A stretch of 64,000 nucleotides of DNA, the filler included, from Octopus bimaculoides (Eukaryota): NCBI RefSeq assembly GCF_001194135.2. It is 7 parts of 7 records of this genome, joined end to end, with 100 filler letters (N's around TTAATTAATTAA, not from the genome) between each part and the next. Parts side by side here need not be neighbours in the genome. Positions count along the whole stretch, not along the records: positions 41,757 to 59,385 come from NC_068985.1; positions 59,486 to 60,751 come from NC_068997.1; positions 60,852 to 62,627 come from NC_068998.1; positions 62,728 to 64,000 come from NW_026403802.1; 3 more parts are not named here. One strand, 5' to 3'. Positions 55,561 through 64,000 of this stretch are shown piece by piece. The translations under genes were made by a program, and so were the position numbers. The notes below the pieces were generated by a model that ran no database searches, was not told the DNA's origin, and saw only the letters and a list, made by a program, of their open reading frames with translations. Numbering within the stretch: the stretch's first letter is position 1; the number at the start of each line of letters is the position of its first letter.

Positions 55561-56169
55561 ACTTGTAGTAAACGACTCTTGCATCGCACATTTAAATCGA
55601 AGAATGAAATAAAGAGTAATGAAAACTCGAACCAAAACATTATTGAATTCGATCTGCGCAGTTGACAAAGAAGCTGATTATGTATTGAGTTTGGTGGTGG
55701 ATATTTTAAATCCATGGTATACTAGATAAAATATACATGTATACATCCATACGGATATGTGCATTTAGGAGCGTGTATATGTTTATATATANNNNNNNNN
55801 NTGTGAGGACACTGGAGACATATAGGCAAGTCATTGATTTAAAAGCCAGTGTTACAGAATTATTTTTATAAGAAGGTAATCCTATTCAGTGACGAAGGCA
55901 GTTTCATATTTTGGTATTGACAACAAGTTTAATTGTCTCGAGTATGACCGCAGCTTTAAAGCTGAAACAATCTAATATTCTGATTTTCTTGAAATTCTTC
56001 TAAACAATATTTGAATTTATATGTCATATATGAGGAATTACCTTGACTCTTTATTGTACTTGCATTTATTGGTGTCTGATAGTTTGATATAGTTAACAAA
56101 TTCGTTTAAATGTGAGTAATTTATTGATATCTGCCTGGATTTTTAATCATTTTTTTCTTCTTATGCATG

Positions 56170-56286
<117 letters not shown>

Positions 56287-57164
56287 CTATGTATATATAT
56301 AAATATATTTACATAAGGATACATATATGTATATACATACATACATANNNNNNNNNNNNNNNNNNNNNNNNNNNNNNNNNNNNNNNNNNNNNNNNNNNNN
56401 NNNNNNNNNNNNNNNNNNNNNNNNNNNNNNNNNNNNNNNNNNNNNNNNNNNNNNNNNNNNNNNNNNNNNNNNNNNNNNNNNNNNNNNNNNNNNNNNNNNN
56501 NNNNNNNNNNNNNNNNNNNNNNNNNNNNNNNNNNNNNNNNNNNNNNNNNNNNNNNNNNNNNNNNNNNNNNNNNNNNNNNNNNNNNNNNNNNNNNNNNNNN
56601 NNNNNNNNNNNNNNNNNNNNNNNNNNNNNNNNNNNNNNNNNNNNNNNNNNNNNNNNNNNNNNNNNNNNNNNNNNNNNNNNNNNNNNNNNNNNNNNNNNNN
56701 NNNNNNNNNNNNNNNNNNNNNNNNNNNNNNNNNNNNNNNNNNNNNNNNNNNNNNNNNNNNNNNNNNNNNNNNNNNNNNNNNNNNNNNNNNNNNNNNNNNN
56801 NNNNNNNNNNNNNNNNNNNNNNNNNNNNNNNNNNNNNNNNNNNNNNNNNNNNNNNNNNNNNNNNNNNNNNNNNNNNNNNNNNNNNNNNNNNNNNNNNNNN
56901 NNNNNNNNNNNNNNNNNNNNNNNNNNNNNNNNNNNNNNNNNNNNNNNNNNNNNNNNNNNNNNNNNNNNNNNNNNNNNNNNNNNNNNNNNNNNNNNNNNNN
57001 NNNNNNNNNNNNNNNNNNNNNNNNNNNNNNNNNNNNNNNNNNNNNNNNNNNNNNNNNNNNNNNNNNNNNNNNNNNNNNNNNNNNNNNNNNNNNNNNNNNN
57101 NNNNNNNNNNNNNNNNNNNNNNNNNNNNNNNNNNNNNNNNNNNNNNNNNNNNNNNNNNNNNNNN

Positions 57165-57208
<44 letters not shown>

Positions 57209-58339
57209 TAGATAGATAGATAGATAGATACATACATACATACATACAAACATAGTTACACAAATATGATAATAAACGCAGCCGCGCGGTTTAAAAGGAA
57301 AATATCTCTAGTGTATACACTTTCAAAACATTTCAGGACAATAAAATGTGCGCGAAGAAGCAAACTAAGCGTTTACCAATTGAAACAGCCGCTGGTTCAA
57401 TGATACAAACTTCCTCTTTTAAGGTGTTCTAAATTAAAAATCTCCATCAAAATTTCGTGTTTTTTTATTTTCCAAAATCAAGCTTAAGTAAAATAATATG
57501 TAAGTAAATTGTTCTTCCTTTTCAAAATAAATTGTTCTAAAACAAAGACAATGTATTTCAATGGACATGTGGTGAGAAAAACGTTAAGTGCTTCAGATCC
57601 ATGAGAAACTATATTCTTCTGGATGGTGTTCACAAACGCACATATATGTGTATAATATATACAATGGGAAATAACATAAAATAATTGCCAAAATAATTAT
57701 TCGCATTAATGATAATTATTTTCAAGAACGGCAAAGTCAACGACACTGAAATCTAAACTGATAAAATATTGAATAAAAGTAGAGAGTGGCAAGTGAGATT
57801 GATCTATGGTAAGCACAGTGGCAATGCCAAACACGTTTCAGCAACAACATATTCTCTTTTACACGTTTACGAGAGCTTACGCTGATTGAAAGGATAAGAA
57901 TTATAGTAAAACAAATGATTGATTTGTATTCTAGAATTGCTTCCCCTAGGTTTCTTCATATGAATTTCTATTACAGATATAATTTTAATTCAGTGAGTTT
58001 TTTTTTTTAAATCTCTGCATGATATAATATATATGCTACTTATCTATATGAAACTCGTGCATGAAAAATATCTTGAAATCTCATTCCATTGTAGTTATAT
58101 ATTGTTTTTAACTGAGTGATATAGCATTTGCTTGCTGGTAACTTTGTTTCTTATTGAGTTAAATATTTTGCGAGTGGTTTGTGTGTAACTCCGCAAATAA
58201 ACTGTTGGTCGAGTCATTATAGGGGGATTAATTTTTACCAATATATTGGAAGTATTAATAGAGGTAATTATAGATATATTTTCATCGTTCATCATTGAAC
58301 AAAAAAATTATTTAGTTGTTCAATGCTTGTCAAAATGCC

Positions 58340-58720
58340 ACCAAAATGATCTGAGCCAAAGAGAGACCTTACACATTGTCACTTGATGTTCTACACATAA
58401 CAGCCAAATTTTCCACAAACTCCACACAATCAATATAAACTGGAAAGACACATTGTCTAATGGTGTTCTAAATAAAATGTTGGAAATAAAGGCGAGTAAG
58501 CTGTGGTTGGAATGTCTTTGGTCATAGCTTCGATTGACCAGAATAAGAGGCCTTACACAATGTCGTTCGATGTGCTACAATTAAGAACCAAATCTTCCTC
58601 AAATCCCACGTAAACTTATTAAAGGAGAAGACTATATTTAGCAATGTTCTCATAAGCATGCAGTCTGGTATAAAGATAGGTATACTGTAGCAGGAATAAC
58701 TTTGGTCATAAGTCTGATCA
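58340..58720 (+). repeat. Two tandem diverged copies (~183-bp period) of an interspersed repeat also seen near 8040, 10690, 47370 and 48530
   Basis: CCTTACACATTGTCACTTGATGTTCTAC at 58368 versus CCTTACACAATGTCGTTCGATGTGCTAC at 58551; shared GGAAT..CTTTGGTCATA motif. Confidence 0.5.
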
Positions 58721-59599
58721 AAACGAACAAAAAGCCATCATTATCATAATTATCAAATGAACTGAAGAATTCGATGAATGCACTACATTTCACAGAAGCA
58801 CAATTCAAACGTTTTTAATTATTTGTTTCGTCATTATATTTCAGTGGGGCTAAATACGTGATATTCTAAGGTAAATTGAGGAAAGATATGACTGACTAAA
58901 GAGTCGATACTTCAACGAAAACATAGCAAAATGTTTATCGTTATTTGGTAGTTGTTAGTGGAAAAAATTGAGCAAATATATAGATGAAATTCCTTATCAT
59001 TTGTGATCTGGAAATATAATTTTTGTATTCGATCAAACTGAAACAAAGTATAGAAAAGGGCTATCTAACATTATCATCTCTGATTTCATTGTTTATAAAT
59101 CAAGCGTAATATTTAATGTAAAGTGTGACGTGCCACGTTAAAGGGGCCAAACCTAATCTAGGCATGTGGATATGTGCTGAGAAGCATACAGGAAAGAATG
59201 GTTCTTGTAATTTAAACACGTGAGTAAAAGAGTACCTACCGGAGTATTTTCTTCGAAACTGTGTTGTTGTGTCTGAAAGCAAAACAAAATAATATCAACA
59301 TTGTTTTATACAAGTCAAATAATGAGTATAGGTATGTTCTTATATATGTGTGTAGTATATATGCATATATATATATATATATATANNNNNNNNNNNNNNN
59401 NNNNNNNNNNNNNNNNNNNNNNNNNNNNNTTAATTAATTAANNNNNNNNNNNNNNNNNNNNNNNNNNNNNNNNNNNNNNNNNNNNCAATGGATTAACGAT
59501 TTTGTTTGTCCATTGTCCAGTATTGCTTTTTTTTTATAGACCCAGAGTTTGAACTGAAACTGTAGAAAGTCGAATATATTTAATAAATTAGGTACCAAG

Positions 59600-60460
59600 T
59601 GTATCAATAAAAGTGATGAACATCAACAACCTTGGAGACGGAGACGATACAGCCTTGCTAACTTTGATTGGAGATGGAGACGATACAGCCTTGCTAACTT
59701 TGATTGGAGATGGAGACGATACAGCCTTGCTAACTTTCGAGAGAGATTCTTTCCAGAACCTTGACGTTGGGAGGAACATTGTCATCTTCTATCCAACAGA
59801 GCTTTACCCATGTTCCTTCCATTACACAATGCTTTTCAGTGCATCTCCTACTCCCATCAAACTCTTTTCTCTCTCACTCTCTTTCTTTCTCTCTTTGAAT
59901 AAATCCTGATATTTAGAGGCATGTTTTAGTGTGTCCAGTTCTCAAGAGCGGTATCACAGAGACATTGCCAACGACCATCGCATCGCACTTGTTTCCAATA
60001 TTACAAAAGTTGAATGAAGATTGAAGACAACGTTCTCCATCAACGTTAATAGTTCTGTCTCATCTAGGACTATCAGAAGTACAACAGAATTGCAAAGCCA
60101 GATCTATTGGAGGGCTACTTGTCTGTCACCAACCAGAAGGCACTCATTCTTGAGAAATTTATTGAAAACTGTGCTGTTGCACTTGATATTAATAAAACAT
60201 TCGACCGTCTGTGGCATGTGAATGTCCTAGGAAGACATTTCCCTTGTAGGTTCCATATGTCTCTCATTACTTGGAGAAGCTCTTTCTAACTACATTCTGG
60301 CTTACTAAAGGCTCAGTTTTGTTCTCCCTCACTCCCGTATATCAAACACTTACCATCGCCTCAAACAACGCCCACCCATAGACAAATGGTACCATCCTTC
60401 ATTTCACCTAACTTTCCTCACTCAACGCCATCCATATGCAACCTACATGCCTCACACCAA
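59600..60460 (+). mobile_element. Decayed Jockey/CR1-group LINE fragment with an internal 36-bp triplication
   Basis: PWRRRRYSLANFDW..RERFFPEP (endonuclease-RT linker-like), CAVALDINKTFDRLWH (cf. ALDISKAFDRVWH), KGSVL (cf. PQGSVL). Confidence 0.65.
59633..59736. repeat. 36-bp tandem repeat, about 3 copies
   Basis: Unit GGAGATGGAGACGATACAGCCTTGCTAACTTTGATT, near-identical copies. Confidence 0.95.
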
Positions 60461-60962
60461 ATCTGAACCGATTTCCTGGACGAAAACCGCGAAAACACCA
60501 GCCAACAGAGTCATGATGATCTCGTTTCCTTCATTGGTAAAAAAAGAAAAGAAAGATATATTAACTGTCCATGCAAAAAGAACATTGACGTGTGCAGTAG
60601 TTCATTGAGATGAAGTGCTTTCAATTAGTCCTCAAGATCGCTGCAAATATTAAGCCTTACCATCACTAACGAACTCATAGAGCGGACATATATTTTCACC
60701 AGCGCGAAGATTGCATTATAAAGCTTTCATCTTTAAACAGCTACCGCTTTANNNNNNNNNNNNNNNNNNNNNNNNNNNNNNNNNNNNNNNNNNNNTTAAT
60801 TAATTAANNNNNNNNNNNNNNNNNNNNNNNNNNNNNNNNNNNNNNNNNNNNATGCAGCCAATGCTGCATTTCATATTTTTAGGGAAATACTAAAACATTT
60901 TTCGTCAATACAAATGTACAATGAAACAATACCTTCATTACTTCTGACTAATTTATCTATCA

Positions 60963-61043
<81 letters not shown>

Positions 61044-61045
<2 letters not shown>

Positions 61046-61624
61046 GAATGAGAGAGCACCGCATACCATCAAAGTGACACTGGGGTGTTCAAATATACGA
61101 AGCCCAATATACCCATCATGTCTACCCGTCTGGTGAGGGTACACCCTCATCACAACCATATGCTCACACAACCATACATGCATCACAACCATATGTGCAC
61201 GACATGGTGATTTCATATTATGATAAACAGCACAGAACCTTGCAGATGAGAACCAGTGAAAATTTTCTCCATGTCGAGTAGGCCTTTCTGCACAAAAGGT
61301 CCCTGAATAAGGTTTGTTTAAGGATGATGAACGAAACACCTAAGCTTCCAGAGGTGAATTATTTAAACTCCAAAAAATTCCTTACAACACATGGCTATGA
61401 TGCTCCTTCACTACTTCTGCTCATGATCAGAGATGCACATATCATCAGCCCCTTAGGAACATGCTCAACTGGTTATGGTCAAGCAACTGACAAGCAAATC
61501 TGTGGTGTTGAGCTGAATATATTTGCTGTAGCCCATCTTTTATACCAAGACAAAACATGTACATGATAACACTTCCAATAAGTTAAGATCAAAACCCATA
61601 AGAGCCACTGCCTGGTACTGCATC
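61044..61624 (-). mobile_element. Third copy of the (TAA)n-tailed non-coding element
   Basis: Reverse complement of 42141-42677; tail is the (TTA)n tract at 60966-61044; the 5' end abuts a SINE C copy (61625-61775, +). Confidence 0.8.
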
Positions 61625-62352
61625 TTAGCAGTATTTCGTCTGCCGCTACTTTCTGAGTTCAAATTCCGCCGATGTTGACTTTGTCTTTCATCCTTTCGTG
61701 GTCGATAAATTAAGTACCAGTTGCGTAATGGGGTCGATCCAATTGACTGGCCCCCTCCCCCAAAATTTCGGGCATTATTATTATTATTATTATGACTTTC
61801 TTTCTTTCAATCTTTCATTGTGTGTTATGGATATGTGTGTGAGTCCATGTTTGGCTCCATTTATTTCGAAACAAAACAGTTGTATGCCTAAGACCATATC
61901 TATTCTGATTCAGCATTATGCAAGTTAGGTTTTGATATCATTTATTTGAACTTACAGGTTGCTTAAAATATAAACTAACAAACAAACAAAACGTTGCATG
62001 CGAGAGCGAGAGCAAAATAGTGGGAAGGCCATTAAGTCACAGCAAATGCCTCAGAATTAGCGAGAGGTCACAGAGTGTTAATTATTTTTTTTTATTTCAT
62101 TTTATTTATTTATTTATTTTGTCAACAGTAGGTTATTGAAGAGAAAAACATAAACGATGAACAACAAATGAATGAATGAATTATTGAATTAATTAATGCA
62201 TTTATTTATTAAAGTGCGGGTAAATGACCGAAAGAATTAATGACACTAGCAACAACAACGATGATGATGATGATGATGATTTCTTTTATTTGCCAGCAGG
62301 GCGAAGGATAAGGAGGATAATCAGACATTAAGTGTTGGGGTTAACAATGAAA

Positions 62353-62389
<37 letters not shown>

Positions 62390-62627
62390 TTCAAAAAAAC
62401 AATAACAAAAAAACAAAAAAAACAAAGTGAGGACGTGATATGGATAGTGTTATTGGACGCTCAGGAAAGGAAAGAGAGAGTGTATGACGTTTCGGGCGTA
62501 GCCCTTCGTCGGAAAGATGGAAAGTTCGGAGAATGGAAGAACGGAGAAAGAGGAAAATGGTACCGATGCCCACGAGGTTACATGATGAAAAGACCGGAAG
62601 AGGAGGTGGTGGGGGAAAAGTTCTTTC
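62390..62627 (-). mobile_element. Penelope-type terminal repeat fragment carrying a degenerate hammerhead ribozyme
   Basis: Minus strand CTTT-CCGACGA-AGGGC TAC GCCC-GAAAC-GTC-ATAC, the layout typical of Penelope terminal repeats; next to a (TA)n tract. Confidence 0.65.
62481..62518 (-). ncRNA. Minimal type-I hammerhead ribozyme motif, probably impaired (U4C, weak stem I)
   Basis: Core CCGACGA (consensus CUGANGA), stem II GGGC/GCCC, GAAA, palindromic ACGU stem III, GUC triplet. Confidence 0.5.
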
Positions 62628-62727
62628 NNNNNNNNNNNNNNNNNNNNNNNNNNNNNNNNNNNNNNNNNNNNTTAATTAATTAANNNNNNNNNNNNNNNNN
62701 NNNNNNNNNNNNNNNNNNNNNNNNNNN

Positions 62728-63410
62728 CAAGAGCATCTAGTTACACAATCTCTATTGTAACAGCTGTATTTCCACTCCACTCTATCTACTGTAACAGCTG
62801 TATCTCTATACAAGAGTTACAACAGCGATTGTATAACTAGATACTTTTGTAGTAGAGATACAGTTGTTACAACAATGATTGTAAAACTAAATACACTTGT
62901 GGTAAAGATACAGTTGTTACATTAGATTTTCCATTATTAGATACTACTGGAGTGGAGATACAGCTGTTACAACAAAGATTGTGTAACTAGATGCTCTTGT
63001 TGAAGAAATACAGTTGTTACAATAGAGATTGTATAACNNNNNNNNNNAGATGCTCTTGTTGAAGAAATACAGTTGTTACAATAGAGATTGTATAACTAGA
63101 CGCTTTTGTAGTAGAGATACAATTGTTACAATAGACATTATGTGACCAGATACAGCTATAGGGGAGAATAGTTGTTACAACAGAGATTGTGTAGCTAGAT
63201 ACTGTTGGAGTGGAGATACAGTTGTTACAACAGCGATTGCATAACTAGATACTCTTGTAGTAGAGATACAGTTGTTACAATAGATACTGTGTAGTTAGAT
63301 ATTGCCTTAATAGAAATAGAGTTGTTATAACAGAGATTGTGTAACTAGATATTGCTGGAGTGGAGATACAGTTGTTACAACTGAGATTGTAACAGTAGAC
63401 ATACAAGATA
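62728..63410. repeat. 50-bp tandem satellite (~13 units) with an inverted block at its left end
   Basis: Unit ~AGATACAGTTGTTACAACAGAGATTGTGTAACTAGATACTCTTGTAGTAG (GTTGTTACAA at 63221 and 63271); 62728-62816 is in reverse orientation. Confidence 0.9.
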
Positions 63411-64000
63411 AATGGAGAATTATTCATTGAGGATAGAGATATATCTGTGGTCATAATACCAATTATATAACTAGTTACTGTGATAAAGACACACCTAATT
63501 GACACAACATAAGTTATAGAACTAGTTACAACTAATTGTCACAACATAGAATTATTAATTAATTAATGCCATAAAAGATACTGCTAGCTGGCACAGTGCA
63601 GGTATTATAATTATTGTGGTATTGGAGATGCATAGAAATACAGATAGTTGTTACAACAAAAATAACTATTCACAAATTATGTTGTGACAGCTAGCTGTCA
63701 CAACAATAATTTGTTCATCTAATTAGTGTGACAGTAGAGTTACAGCTAGCAGATATTGAATATTAGAGACGCATCAAATTCTTGCACCAGAACTGGTTAT
63801 GTCTAGTTATGTGTAGTACAATTATAGTTGTTACAGGTTTGTTTATAGAACAATTAGCTGTGACAGTGGAGATACTACTAGATGTTACAACAGAGCTGGT
63901 AGATCTGGTTACCATGACAAAAGAAAGGCAATCAATTACCATGTAGTAGATCTTTAACTGATTGACTTAAAAGCATAAGTTATTAGTTAAATGTTTACTC

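Noticed and set aside
59613-59909. ORF with three GDGDDTALLTLI repeats resembling a Ca-binding loop protein
   Set aside because: A 36-nt triplication keeps all frames open; another frame and the downstream RT motifs point to a decayed LINE.
62990-63097. Identical ~48-bp units on both sides of a 10-N gap in the satellite
   Set aside because: Probably an unmerged contig overlap rather than a real perfect duplication.

Overview
AT-rich, microsatellite-dense eukaryotic genomic DNA from a gapped draft assembly. The SINE families and repeat load look like an octopus genome; this is inferred from remembered repeat sequences, not from a database search. I could not confidently identify a host protein-coding gene, only short candidate exons. 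Nearly all long ORFs in the track are N-gap or microsatellite artefacts. The window is a collection of decayed mobile elements: tRNA-headed SINEs of three families, R4/Dong-like, HERO-like, RTE and Jockey/CR1-like LINEs, Penelope-like elements, and mariner, Tigger/pogo, Tc1-like and hATm-like DNA transposons with several MITEs. The clearest organised pattern is at 41.7-46.8 kb: a same-strand, head-to-tail train of R4/Dong-like LINE pieces and a ~540-bp non-coding element, joined at (TAA)n tracts. Also notable are a TIR-bounded mini-element carrying (CCCTAA)n telomere-type repeats, a degenerate Penelope-type hammerhead ribozyme and a 50-bp satellite with an internal inversion.
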